Positions 14,110-27,892 of a stretch of DNA of 64,000 nt are shown here, piece after piece. Within the stretch, counting starts at the first letter, position 1, and each line of letters opens with the position of its first letter. The notes under the pieces are model-generated. The model was not told the DNA's origin and did no database searches. It saw only the letters and a program-made list of their open reading frames with translations. The position numbers and the translations under genes are program-made. Origin of the DNA: Octopus vulgaris (lineage: Eukaryota); contig OX597820.1 in assembly GCA_951406725.2 (NCBI GenBank), positions 65,844,001 through 65,908,000 of the forward strand, written 5' to 3'.

Positions 14110-14553
14110 AATAGTTTTATTGAAACTTACACTGAGAGTTTATCTTGCGACTCGAGTTTCACACCACCGCAATCTTTACGCGAGAACAGTTACGTGAAAC
14201 TTGAGTCGCGGGACAAACTCGCACTTTAAGTTCCAGTAAGAAGAAAAATTATATCTCCTACAACATGTAATAAGTGCACCTATCTTATTCGACCGGCATG
14301 AACCAATATACGAGCATACATGTATGTGTATGTATTCAGACACACACACATGCATATATCTACATATACGTGCTCTTTAAGAGCACGTGTGTTTGAAAAG
14401 GTTAAAGGAAAGCACTCACACACTAGAAAAAAAAACTTCCCCAAAAAAGTTTAGTAACATCCTCATAAAAAAATTCATAACATTTTTTAAACTAATTTTT
14501 ATTTTAAATCACCGTTACACTTCAAAAACTGTATTAACTCTCAAAGACTTTCT

Positions 14554-14649
<96 letters not shown>

Positions 14650-14973
14650 TGTATGTATGTATGTATGTATGTATATATGTATGTGTCTATGTATACGCAT
14701 ATACATATATATATATATACATGTGTGCGTGTGTGTGTGAATATGTACATATGTATGAATACGTACATACACATATATGTGTATGTGTATGTGCATGTAC
14801 ACATACATGTTTGTGTGTGTACGTATGTAGACATCGTGAACTCAGGAGGTTCATGTCTATGTATTGTGAGGATATGGTTGGTGTATTTATTACCGTTTTT
14901 CTTTTTTTTTTCCTTTTTCTATCTATTAGAGGAAGTTCCCTTTTATTCAACGGTTTCCCATAGCGTCTGTTTC

Positions 14974-15041
14974 CATTAATAGCTGACGAGAATGCATCAT
15001 ATCTCTTCGCTCCGACATTCGAAACTCCGAGTACTATAATG
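14974..15041 (+). ncRNA. Type I hammerhead ribozyme, intact catalytic core
   Basis: Stem I CATT(A)ATAG/CTATAATG, CTGACGA (14983-14989), stem II GAATG/CATTC, GAAA (15021-15024), stem III ACT(CCG)AGT, cleavage triplet GTA (15031-15033). Confidence 0.85.
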
Positions 15042-15439
15042 ACAACTACTTCCTGTCTGTTCTAAAATTATAACACGCACTCTTCGTTCTTTTGTTCCCC
15101 CTCTCTCACATTTCCTGGCCTTCTCCTCATGCTCACTTTCCCTCTTTCACTTCACTGTGTCTCTTTCCTTTTTCTCTCACCCCTCCTTAATTCTTCTATC
15201 CCTCTGCCTCTACCATTCTCTCTTCTCTCCCCCACGTGATCGATGTTCGGCCAAATCTGACCTTTCTTTCTTGGTTGGACTATTGTCCGTGTAACATCTA
15301 TATTCCTTCCTGTGCTTGTTAAATCTTATGTTTTTCCGCACACGCCAGCTTAATTTAATTCGTCCTTAGTCGAAAGACACCTGTTGTTATGTCCTTTTAT
15401 TTATATTTGTGTAACATTTCTGTTTTTTTTCGTTCTTGT

Positions 15440-15690
15440 TTCGTATACATTCGCTGCTTTCTTCCAAGGAATGTAATGCTCTGAGCTTATTTTTCCTTGG
15501 GGCTGGCCAGATTGGAGCAATCTCGAGTATAACCAGCCGAAATTGCAAAGATAATTTGGAACTCGACTGAGGATAGAAAACTCCGAATGATCCGTGCTTG
15601 TTTTCCTTGTATCATCTGTCTGGATATTTTGTTTTCCTTTTTTCGTTCTGTTGCACCTGTCTGGATGTTTTGCGTTCTTGTCCCATTTTT
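15440..15690 (+). mobile_element. Dispersed repeat (probable Penelope-like pLTR portion) downstream of the hammerhead
   Basis: Reverse-complement copy at about 26740-26990. Ends at (TA)n. Confidence 0.55.
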
Positions 15691-16011
15691 GTATTATATA
15701 TATATACGACGGAATTCTTTCAGTTTCCGTCTACCAAAGCTACACACAAGGCTTTGGTCGACCCAAGGCTATACTGGAAGATACTTTCTCAAAGTGCTAC
15801 GCAGTGATACTTACTGAACCCGAAACTATGTGCTTGGGAAGCAAGCTTCTTACCTCACAGCCATTCTTATATATAAATGGGTGGTTTTTTTAATCAAAAA
15901 CTGTGAGTCCAACAGAATACATATTTTGTACGACTACACGACACACCAAACATTTTGAGTTCTTTATTCTAAATGGCCTAAAGATGCTCGAATGTAAACA
16001 TATAAACATAC

Positions 16012-16090
<79 letters not shown>

Positions 16091-16231
16091 CGCAGGTTAT
16101 ATATCTATATGTATGTATTTATGTGTTTGTTTCTGTGTTTGCCCCCATGCAATGTGTTGACAACCGATAATGAGGTGTTTATGTCCCCGTAACTTATCGG
16201 TTCGGCAAAACACACCGTTGAAATAAAGGTG

Positions 16232-16912
16232 GTTTGGCTGCTAGCATTTCAAAAATTAAAGTTTATCGAAAATTAAAAAATTTTGCACAATTTTACAAGC
16301 TGAATTGCTGGAGTTATTTCACATTTTCCCAGAAAAATATTTTTTAAAAGTTATAGAGGTTTAAAGTTATATGATTTTTATCCAGTCAGGAAACAGGATA
16401 TGGAAGCTTTCATTTTGTGCGCGACAGCACGTGTTGTCAACTGAAAACATATCAAATTCTGCTCTACACCCGCCATATAACCCTTCATAACTTTTTTTTA
16501 TTTTTTGGTATTTTCAGAAATATTTTGCGAATATGTATTCTACACAAGAAAATTCATACGTTTGTCAAAAATAAAACAAAAAGATTTTGGGGTGCATGAT
16601 TTAAGGCTTGTTTAGCTGCTATTTTTGGCAAATCTGACAACCACCTCAATGTGGGGAAAATATTTGTCAACACGTGGTTTTTTCGCGCAAAAAAAGTTCT
16701 TGTTCCTATTGTTACTATGGAAACCGGCATGAATGTGTCTGGGACTAACAATTGGATAAAATACCTAAAATGTTCAAATTTTAATTGCTAATAACTATTT
16801 ATTTATTGATTTATAGGGAAGATGATTTTCACAGAATTCATTAGCTTATAAAAGTGTATCATTACACTGAATATGAAATCAATTCAAACAGAATTGATGC
16901 TGGCAACCAAAC
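16232..16912. mobile_element. Probable non-autonomous DNA transposon interrupting a SINE A copy
   Basis: Imperfect terminal inverted repeat GTTTGGCTGCTAGCAT / ATGCTGGCAACCAAAC (14/16). SINE A body stops at about 16225 and its tail resumes at about 16915. Confidence 0.45.
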
Positions 16913-17554
16913 AGACTAGATCCGGCGGTGGTCCAGCATGGTCGCAGTCAAATGCCAGAAGCAAGTTAAAGAATTAAAAGAATACCAACACGCGCGCACA
17001 TAGACACACACAGAAACAAACGCACAAATACACACACACATCGAATACCAATCACAAGAATATAGCTGAGGAAGAATTAATGAGAGTAAAAGAGGCGGTG
17101 TCAGAGAGGCAAAGAGAGGGTCCGGAGAAAGGTTGAACTGAAAGTGATGGCACCCTGTAGAGAGTGATTTACTTTAGCTACACTAACCAAAGAATCAGTC
17201 CCAGAAACGTTGACCCGGTCAGTTGAATCTGTTCTGATATACGCCAACACAAACCTTCCAATGTCAGCGAAGAAATCAGCGGCAACAAGAGAGATAGATA
17301 GACAAAGCAAAACAAAAAAAAAATTCTTAAACTACACTGAGCTTTTCAATCAAGTATTTAGCAGCCAGTGACGACCACAAGTAATTAAGACAATATTAAT
17401 ATCAATTAGGAGATGACATTTACAATGGAAAAGAGGCGCTGAACTCAGCTTGGCACGCGAACTGTTTAGATATGTAATGCAGTAATCTACTAAAGCGCTT
17501 TCTAACGCTGACCCCCACAGTCTAGCATTTGGTTTGTGTAGTCTAGTTTGTAAA

Positions 17555-18125
17555 GATGGCGGCGGTGGTGGTGGTGGTGGTGGTGGTGGTAGAGGTGGTC
17601 GTGGTAGAGGTGGCGAGGCGGTAGTGATGGTAGTTGTGGTGGTAGTGGTGGTGGTGGTGGTGGTGCTGCTGTTGCTGGTGCTGGTGCTGGTGCTGGTGCG
17701 GGTGCTGGTTGGGAGTTGTCTACTTTTGGTGGAAGTTGTGATATAGCAGTGAGGTGGCGCTGGCGGAATAGATTGGGCTGTTGGTAGTGCTAATGGTGAT
17801 GATGGAAGCAATGGTGGTGGTGGTGGTGGTGGTGGTGATGATGATGGCAGTGCCTGTGTTGGTAGTTCTGGTGGTGGTGATAGTGAAGGTGATTGTAGTG
17901 GCTGTGGTGATGGTTGACTTTGTGGTGATAGAATAGTTTGTTATTGATAGTGGTGGTGGTGGTGGTGGTGGTGGTGGTAGTGGTAGTAGATGTCGAGGTC
18001 ATGGAGTAGTTTGGTGATGGCAATGTGGGTGACGGTGGTGACGGTGTTGACTGACGTTTGGTGATGGTGTTGACGGCGATGATGGCGGTGGTGGTGGTGG
18101 TGGTGGTGGTCGCTTTCGTTATGGT
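17555..18125. repeat. (GGT)n/(GAT)n low-complexity tract
   Basis: Degenerate GGT/GAT/GCT triplets that produce poly-H/P/T artefact ORFs. Confidence 0.9.
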
Positions 18126-18396
18126 TCAACATACCAAGAAACCAAGAACAAACTGTTCTCCAAGATGAAGAAATTCCTCACTGACTACTTAATTGAGATA
18201 AATATTCTTCGATGTGCTTTTACCATTTTCTCACTCCTCGATTTCCCCGACCGTCTTCGTAATTGTCACCACACTGATGTGTTTAATGTCGATCTTATTA
18301 TTAGCTCTCTCGTTCTGTTGACTCTTGTGTCTGGAAATAAATCTGTACATACATATGTCAGTAGATATGCGCATGTCATGTTGTTACATGTATAGG

Positions 18397-18462
<66 letters not shown>

Positions 18463-18692
18463 CGTATTGCTCTTTACTATTTTACTCTTTTACTTGTTTC
18501 AGTCATTTGACTGCGGCCATGGTGGAGCACCGCCTTTTAGTCGAGCAAATCGACCCAGGACTTATTCCTTGGAAGCCTAGTACTTATACTATCTATCGGT
18601 ACTCTTTTGCCGAACCGATAAGTTACGGGGACGTAAATACACCACTATCGGTTGTCAAGCGATGTTGGGGGGACAAACAAGGGCACAAACAT

Positions 18693-18723
<31 letters not shown>

Positions 18724-18760
18724 CATACATATATATACATATATATATGTTTACGTTCCC

Positions 18761-18801
<41 letters not shown>

Positions 18802-18809
18802 TGTATATA

Positions 18810-18845
<36 letters not shown>

Positions 18846-18871
18846 TGCATGTATATATGCTTGTATGTATG

Positions 18872-18906
<35 letters not shown>

Positions 18907-18909
<3 letters not shown>

Positions 18910-18957
18910 GGTGCCCCAGCATGGCCACAGCTCTTTAGCTGAAACTGGAAAATCAAA

Positions 18958-18960
<3 letters not shown>
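18907..18960 (+). mobile_element. Extremely 5'-truncated LINE 3' tail inserted in (TA)n
   Basis: GGCGGTGCCCCAGCATGGCCACAGCTCTTTAGCTGAAAC matches the LINE 3' UTR at 31129-31180. Confidence 0.6.
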
Positions 18961-18992
<32 letters not shown>

Positions 18993-19267
18993 AAGTAAAT
19001 AAATGGTACAACGAAGTACCGATATATATATATATATATATAACAGGAAGGTTTACGAAAATAAACAAAAGACGAAGGCAGGTGGAGTACAAACAAACAA
19101 TGTATTAGTATAGCGCTCAGGAATAGAAATAAAACAAGTCATTTACGTTTCGAGCCTACGCTCTTCGACAGAAAGATACACACAAAAGAAACAAGGAGAG
19201 AAAAAATTGCGTGTAGGGGCTAACGATCAAACATGGCGTATACATATGTATACATATATATATATAT

Positions 19268-19349
<82 letters not shown>

Positions 19350-19379
19350 ACATACATAAAGGGCATTTATACATGCATG

Positions 19380-19420
<41 letters not shown>

Positions 19421-19540
19421 GAACGTAAACATACCAGTATCGGTTGTCAAGCGATGTTGGGGGGACAAACACAGACACACAAAAACGCGAGCTTCCTAAC
19501 AACATAGCTACGGTAAGTAATTAAGTACGTTAGTCGTTGT

Positions 19541-19893
19541 CGTGGCACTCCGTCGGTTACGGCGACGAGGGTTCCAGTTGATCCGATCAACAGAACAGCC
19601 AGCTCGTGAAATTAACGTGCAAGAGGCCGAGCACTCCACAGACACGTGTACCCTTAACGTCGTTCTCGGGGAGACTCAGGGTGACACAGAGTGTGACAAA
19701 AACAGGAAGAAAGAGTGAGAGAAAGTTGTGGTGAAAGAGTACATCAGGGTTCGCCACCACCCGTTGCCGGAGCCTCGTGGAGCTGTATGTGTTTTCGCTC
19801 AATAAACACTCACAGTGCCCGATGTGGGAATCGGAACCACGATCCTACGACCGCGAGTTCGCTGCCCTAACCACTGAGCCATTGCGCCTCCAC
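19541..19893 (-). mobile_element. tRNA-derived SINE family B, full length
   Basis: Minus-strand head TGGCTCAGTGGTTAGGGCAG...GGTTCCGATTCC, tail ...GACGGAGTGCCACGACAACGAC. Partial relatives at about 49815-49945, 55170-55375 and 63830-63930. Confidence 0.75.
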
Positions 19894-20304
19894 ACCTTAC
19901 ACCGATGTGTCCACACAGGCTGAATATTGATTTCTACGATTGTATTATTTCATAATGCTTTCAAGCTTATGTTAATGATATCTTAATAAATAATCCTTTT
20001 ATTTTACATTCTGTTATCATATTAGAGAAAATATTATGTGATGTATACAAAACGATCTAACATTTAAAACCTGACGAACACCTATTAATTGCACTATAAA
20101 TTGATTTTTTTTTGTTATCCAGTAATTTGTTATTATTACCTGGATAGAATCTAATACCAACGCTAAGTGAGCAAGAATTTGTGTATGTAATGGTAAACCT
20201 AGCTAGCTAATTAATTCTTATCTTTGCAATTTACGGTATTGGTATACAAGTGTGTGTGCGCGTGTGTGTGTGTGTGTGCATATGTGAACATATATTTCTC
20301 TTAC

Positions 20305-20690
20305 TTTTATGTTCTTTTGCTTGTTTCAATCATGTGACTGCGACCATACTGGAGCACCGCCTTTGAGTCGAAGAAATCGGCCCTACGAGTTATTCTTTGT
20401 AAGTCCAGTACTTATTCTATTGGTCACTTTTGCAGAACCGCGAAGTTACGAGAACGTAAACACACCAACATCATTTTTCAAGCGATGGTGGGGGACACAC
20501 AGACATATATATATATATATATATATCTACACGAGAGGTTTCTTTCAGTTTCCGCCTATCAAATCCACTCACAAGGCGCTGGTCGGCCCGAGGTTATAGT
20601 AGAAGACACTTGCCCAAGGTGCCACGCAGTGGGACTGAACTCGGAACCATGTAGTTGGGAATCAAGCTTCTTACCATACAGCCACTCCTA
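20305..20690 (-). mobile_element. SINE family A, full length
   Basis: Reverse complement of the family A consensus seen elsewhere in the window. Confidence 0.8.
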
Positions 20691-21040
20691 TACACACTTT
20701 TTATTCTCGTACTTGTTTTAGTAATTAGACAGCAGCTATTCTGAAGCACCGCCTTGACGTATTTCAGGTGAATGAAACGACCCCAGTTATCAAGCAGTGC
20801 TTGGAGAACAAAGACAGACACAAAGGCGCAACATACCCGAACACCCCTACCCCCTCTCTCTCTCTCTCTGTATGTGTAGCATTTTAACTGATCAAATATG
20901 GGATCGATTAAGCTGTGCGTAAGTGTTGCCTTGCAACATTTTCAGATATGCTACTCTATGTGAAACGTACGTAGCTGATAAATCACCAATAAAATTATAT
21001 TGTTTACCTCTTTCAGCCATTGGACGATTTATGTTGAGGG

Positions 21041-21084
<44 letters not shown>

Positions 21085-21203
21085 TCGTTTTTTAGAAAAC
21101 TATAAATTCGGAGAAGCAATCTATATTAATCACTGGTGAAGGCCGGTTTATAGGGTTTTTTTTTACCCTGGGTTTCTCGCCATAAACCGGACTTCACCAG
21201 TAA

Positions 21204-21243
<40 letters not shown>

Positions 21244-21488
21244 TGTGACAGTCCCAGGACATTATATAAAAAACAAATAGAATACAGAGATAGGTGAGAG
21301 AACAACAAACAAGGATTATTAGTTTGACACCCAGGGAAAAATGGAAAAGTCTTCGACGTTTCGAATCCTAGTAAGGAATGAGGAAAGAAAGCAATGGTGA
21401 GAGTGGGGGAACGATTAGAGCAAAAACCTGTCTGCATGAACGGTTTCACCTGTAGAATATATGCAGATATAAAGAGAAACACACACAC

Positions 21489-21524
<36 letters not shown>

Positions 21525-23013
21525 TACATTTTACTCTTTTACTTGTTTCAGTCATTTGACTGCGGCCATGCTGAAGCACCGCCTTTAGTCGAGCAAATCG
21601 ATCCCGGGACTTATTCTTTGTAAGCCCAGTACTTATTCTATCGGTCTATTCTTTGTAAGCCCAGTACTTATTCTATCGGTCTCTTTTGCCGAACCGCTGA
21701 GTAACCGCTAAGTATGTATGTATATTAATTTCCATCGACCAAATCCACTTGTAAGGATTTGCTCGGCTCGAAGTTTTAGTGGAAGTCACTTACCCAAGGT
21801 GCCGCTCCAATGGAACTGCATCCAGAACCACATCATTGGGAAGTTAACCTTTTACTACACGCGCGCGCCTAAATATAAAACGCTACGGTTTAAAGCGTTA
21901 AAGAAAACCCCATAGTGTTTAGGAAAGTTTCATTAAAGACTCATTCATGTATTTTTAAAAAAATATTATGTCGGGTGTTTACAGGCAAAGTAGAAAGAAC
22001 CATAGTTTATGTTTAGAAATTTGATTGATCAGGGTAGGACGGTTGGTTATTTTACAGATAACATAATAGAAAAACGTTAGGGTATTGTAAACTTACAAGC
22101 GGTGAAACACATGTAATTGCTTATTTGTCGAATAGCATAATTCGAGAATTATTAGCTACAACGCTATTTAATAATATCAGAAATATAACCAGTTACTTGA
22201 ACTAAGTTAATATATGTAACATCATTGTCGACGACGAGTTTACTTCCACAAAGGAAACTGTCGGCTTATAATAGTATTTATGTAATAAGTGGGCTAATTA
22301 TGAAAGTTATTAGAAATCACTTGGTTTTAGCTAGCAATGAATATGAATTAGTATAACATCGAGAAGTATATTCTATTTGTCATATTTTAAGTCTGGATCT
22401 ATAAAGAAAATTCTCTCTGGCCTGCATCTGCTTAGTTGAGTTACTGTAATCATAAGATTTGGAATATTGCTTCTGTATTTAGTATTTTGGTTTCGGCATT
22501 TCAATATAGATAAGTATGTATGTTCTAAAATGTAGACCGCAGTTTTGATTGAACATCAACAGCTGAAAGTCTACATGTCTGTTGTCTTTAATCTCTTACT
22601 TGTTTGAGTCTTTGGACTGCAGCCACTGGGGCACAGCCTTGGGGGGAAGGGGGGTTTTAGTAGAATGAATCGGTACCCCAGTTTTAAGCCTGCTACTTAA
22701 TTTATGATTCTGTTATGCTGGACCGTTATGATACAGTAAACAAACTGACACCGGTTATCAAGCGTTAGTGGCGTGGGGGACACAGAAACAAAGACACGGA
22801 CACACACACGCGCTGGTCCTAAGGGCACCGGGTTTTCGACAATAGGGGAAGTGCAGCGATCATCGTATCGTTGAATAGAAACTTGTCCTGTATTTGCGTA
22901 TTTGCTTTATATTCACCTTACTTCGAGCTGTGCAGATTATACCGGACTGACTTGGTGCCTCAACTTAAGTACCTTATTCAACTGATCCTTAATTATATAT
23001 ATATATACACACA

Positions 23014-24121
23014 CTAGCAGAGACACCCGGCGTTGCTCAGTATTAAAATGGCCTACTTTGTATATAATATAATAGAGTTATGTTGAAACAGGTGATATGG
23101 GAAAGTGCAGCACTGACAGAAAAACATTTATAGAGTAAATGATAGGCTAATTCGACTAAGCAACATCCTATGCGTCTGTTTGGAGTATTTCAGGCCCTAA
23201 CTAGTGGGGGTTATGTATTTTTTGCAGCAGTCGGCGCTGTGTCTAACACGACCCATTATCTGAAATGTTCACACCTCCTTCGGGTTTGTTGTCATACATC
23301 ACTCATAATGTACATTTGGAGGGACTGTGGCTGTTCCTTTTTGGGTAACAGGGAACCAATGAGGTGATAGGCTTGCTCTTGAACTTTGACGTCTCGTAAA
23401 TTCATGTTTATCTATTTTCTTAGATGCACCAAACAATGTCATTTGCAGAGTTGTATCGTCTGATATTGTTCAGTAAATCCTTTGACTGGATGAATATGCC
23501 TTCTAGAAGATCCATAAGAAGTTGAGAAGGAGCTAATAGTGCTGGCAATGTTACCTGACCGCCCGAGCAGCACATACCATTTGTTTCATTTGAAAATTTT
23601 AAAGCTCTACAGAAAAGACAATTTGTATTTAGCATACCAATTTGGACAGAGTTATTTTATTTATAAGAATGGGATGAATCATATCTGAAAATAGCATCAG
23701 TGGTTGTGAAGAACGAATTTGTACGCAGTCTGTTTCTGAGAGCTATTCTAGTGGACCTCTGTCTAATCATTTAAACATTGATTTACTGATCCAGCATTAA
23801 GTGCTGCAACCTGCATTTGCTGATGTTGAGAAAATCTCATCTAGCTTCTCTCTTTCGACTCCCGCCTTCGGTTTTCTACAATCCTCCTTGCTTTATATTT
23901 GTTTCTGGAGGGATTACGTCTTTTCTTTGGTGGCATATTTTTTCCAATATTGTAAGCAAAAAATTATGAACATAGAAAGAAATTATACATTAATCCCTAT
24001 TTTTGTAAGCAGTTGTATCCGTAAAAATTTTATTTGAAGAGAGCAGAAATTGAAAGAAGTGAAAGCGAAAAGAACAGAGAAATAAAGTGAAAGATGTATG
24101 TACATCAATATGAAATGGACG

Positions 24122-24171
<50 letters not shown>

Positions 24172-24529
24172 TGCGTACTTGCACGTGTGTATGTGAGAGA
24201 GAAAGAGGGTGAGAAAGAGAGATAGAGTGAGTGAAGGTGTGTGTCGTGATGACTGATGTCTTTTAAGGTACACACACATATAGAAAATGTGACGTCATCG
24301 TATCGAATTTTTGCGGCAGTTGATTTATGGAAAAGATTATGTTGAATTTTTGAAATGCAAATATATGAATGGAAATTAAGTTTAACTTGTAACCAAAATA
24401 GTATTGAATGTTTTGATACCCCATACGTCAAAATCTGTAACTCGGTTTTGGAAAGCATAAGGAATATATAATATATAGGACACTATCTCAAATTACAATA
24501 CAGACGTAATACTAAAATAGTGTAAGAGA
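23014..24529 (-). mobile_element. Non-autonomous/deleted Helitron with degraded Rep N-terminal coding fragment
   Basis: Minus-strand 3' end: imperfect GC hairpin (GAGCAACGCCGGG) then CTAG|T at 23014. Peptide remnants C.FCRALKFSNETNGMCCSGGQVTLP...NIRRYNS...QMTLFGA...KVQEQAYHLIGSLLP (about 23340-23635) are typical of Helitron Rep N-termini. The putative 5' A|TC at 24529 is less certain. Confidence 0.75.
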
Positions 24530-25894
24530 TAACAGATTGCTCTGGGCTCGCATTAAACAAGAAGCTGGAAATAATTTTGGCCCATGACACTGCATGGACC
24601 GTGGCTTTTGTATTTGACACCTGTTGTTTTAAGTGTTGTATTTATATTATATATATGTATATGTATGTATGCATGTATGTATGTATTATGTATGTATAAG
24701 CCAATAAGGGAGACCTCTACATGGTAGCTAGATCTGGTAGAAATAGCAGCGAAATCTCCTTCAAAACACCCTACTGTCTTAATCCGATAATTCTGCTTAT
24801 TATGTAGTTTAATGAGAAACTGTAACTAAAGATTAAGATTATTGACCCCACAGAGAGAGGAAAGAAGAGAGACAGCATAGCGATGGTTTTGGCTGACTGC
24901 CATCCTGTACTCCCCTTGTTGCTAGCGAAATAGTATGTGACGGCTGTCTCAACAGTGGGATCGAACCTAAAACCATGTAGTTGGAAAACAAAATCCTTTT
25001 AAAGGAGTTTGTCACAAATGTACGTGACTATTTCAGAAAGTTGTTCTTTATACTTTTTGACAGAAAAAATATAAAAGAATATTTATCACAAACCCACCGA
25101 AACAGAGCAACTGATATCGGGGGAAAAATTTACTAATCAGAAAAAATAAATTCATTTGGCGTAATTATGTAAATTAGAACAGTATATACCGCCCACCAGC
25201 AAAAAGTATGATTTCTTAGGAATTATTTTTTTAATGCTATAATGAAATTTCATTTTCGATTTTTTGTATTTAGGAATTTTCTTTGCTTTTTTATTTTTAT
25301 TTTTATTTTATTTTATTTTATTTATTTATTTTTATTTTTATTTTTTTTTATGGAGAGGCGTGTATTTTCAGCATCTTATCATGTTCAGATACAATCTAAT
25401 TTCTACATGGTTCGCATGCAACAATTCTGAGTGAAAAGACATTCTCGGTCCAAGTGATAACTGCCTGCATCTATTTAAAGTAATCTATTGAAAGAATAGT
25501 GAAATCATGGTGTATTTATGCGTGATATTAATAAACCTGGGTACCTTTGGATTACATACATACTCTCACAGACAAACACACACATAGATACATAAATATT
25601 CTTTCTAATTTTGGCACCAGGTCTGAAGGTTTTGATTAGAAGTGTTTAGTCACTTACCTCCAAGCCAGTGCTCAGATGGTACTTATTTTATCGACGCAAA
25701 TTTATCTCGATTAGATTTGAATGCAGTCCGTAATGACTCGAAAGACATCTCACCATGCATTTTATACGACGTGCTAACGATATTACAAGCTCGCTACATT
25801 TCAGGTGCACACACATATATACATATATGTATACACTTATGTATGTATTTATATATGTATAAATAGCCATAGACAAATATGTATATACATACAT

Positions 25895-26480
25895 AACAAT
25901 AAGAGAGGATCCACTATGTGGACGCTCTAACGCTAGATATAGATCCGCAAAGGGAATCTGCCACCAATTATAAATTAATATGTTCTCAAACCGGCAGTAA
26001 ATTACTTATGCAGTATTTATATCCGGTGATTTAGCGCGCCAGAACGAGGGCATTTGAATGTAACTGTGAATATAATCGGCCGTACTGTTTCGCCTCTGTC
26101 CAACCTCGTGTGGATTTTGCCGTGCAGTTCGACAAATTATATTTTGATGTACTCTACTGACGATTCGAAAATACTTATGTAAGTAAAATTACATAATTTA
26201 TTAACGATGAAACAATTGTATAGAGTTAACCTATTTTTTCGTTATTTTTCATTTGTCCTGCTCGCTTACGTTCATGGTGTGTTAAATTAATTCTTGAGAA
26301 CATTTCCTTGGTGGTAGATTCCCTTTGCGGATCTATATCTAGCATTAGAGCGTCCACATAGTGGATCCTCTCTTATTGTTTTGCATTAATAATATTTACT
26401 GAATCCCAGTCTTTTATACGCTAGGCCACTTGGTGTTTAAATTGATGTTATTAATTAATATTTCAATTTTTTCACCCTTA
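25895..26480 (+). mobile_element. Penelope-like pLTR fragment with inverted 5' segment
   Basis: 73-bp inverted repeat 25895-25967 / 26308-26380 (2 mismatches) around a hammerhead motif. Ends at (TA)n. Confidence 0.65.
26151..26226 (+). ncRNA. Type I hammerhead ribozyme motif (one stem II mismatch)
   Basis: Stem I ACTCTA/TAGAGT (6 bp), CTGACGA (26157-26163), stem II T-TCG...CGA-T with a U.U at the 10.1-11.1 pair, GAAAC-AATT-GTA (palindromic ACAATTGT). Confidence 0.75.
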
Positions 26481-26533
26481 TTTTGACTTTATATACATAC
26501 ATATATATATATATATGTATTTGTGTGTCGGTA

Positions 26534-26614
<81 letters not shown>

Positions 26615-26627
26615 CTCTCTCTCTCAA

Positions 26628-26685
<58 letters not shown>

Positions 26686-27020
26686 AGTGACCAAAGTGTA
26701 CGTACGCTGCTATATTTTATATATTAAAAAAAATGCAAAAATGGGACAAGAACGCAAAACATCCAGACAGGTAAAACAAAATATCCAGACAGACGATACA
26801 CGGAAAACAAGGATGGATCATTCGGAGAGTTCTATCCTCAGTCGAGTTCCAGATTATCTTTGCAATTTTGGCTGGTTATACTCGAGATTGCTCCAATCTG
26901 GCCAACCCCAAGGAGAAAATAAGTTCAGAGCATTAGATTTCTTGGAAGAATGCAGCGAATCTATACGAAAACAAGGACGGAAAAAAACAGAGAGACAATC
27001 CGTACATATATAGATACACA

Positions 27021-27075
<55 letters not shown>

Positions 27076-27338
27076 CACACATACACACACACACTTTTTT
27101 CGTTTTTCGTTTTCTTGTTTTTTGTTTTTTTGTTTTTTCCGTTTCTACGTCTTATTGTGATGTCCTGTACTCACGTATAATTATTTATATATGCATGTAT
27201 ATATACATGTAGATGTAGGTACGTACATATATGTTTGTATGTATGCATATAATTTTATTTATCACCTTATTGTCTGACAGCGCCCCGGATCAGGTTCGTT
27301 CCGATTCGTCGTTTCGTTCCACTTCTTGGTTCCTTTTT

Positions 27339-27399
<61 letters not shown>

Positions 27400-27892
27400 G
27401 TATGTATGTATGTATGTATGTATGTATGTATGTATTGTTGGATGTGTCGAAATAGTGATGTTATTCGGTCCACAAGTGATGAGGGTTCACCTTGTCTGCG
27501 ACATGTAGGTCTTTCATTGTCGTATCACAGTGCCATATTTTCATTATATATATATGTCTGTGTGTATGTGTGTGCGTGTGTGTGTGTGTCCGTGTGTGCG
27601 TGTGCATGTGTGTGTATATGTGTATACGTGTGTGTTTGTGTGCGCGTACGTGTTTGCATTTGTCCCACCACCGGTGCTGTTTTGTTCACGTCTCCGTTAC
27701 TTCAAGACGATTGAATAAGTTCTAAAACTTAATAAATAATTACTGGAGTCAATTTATTCGACTGAACTGCTCAAGTCAATGCCAACAATGGCTGCAATGC
27801 AATGACATAAACAAGTAAAATATAGAAGAAACGCACACACGCACACACACACACATACACATAAAGATGGATAGTTAGACAGATCTTATTGT

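Noticed and set aside
17350-18132. Poly-Pro/Thr/His ORFs resembling a formin- or mucin-like protein
   Set aside because: Degenerate (CCA)n low-complexity tract, with no convincing splice sites or domain.
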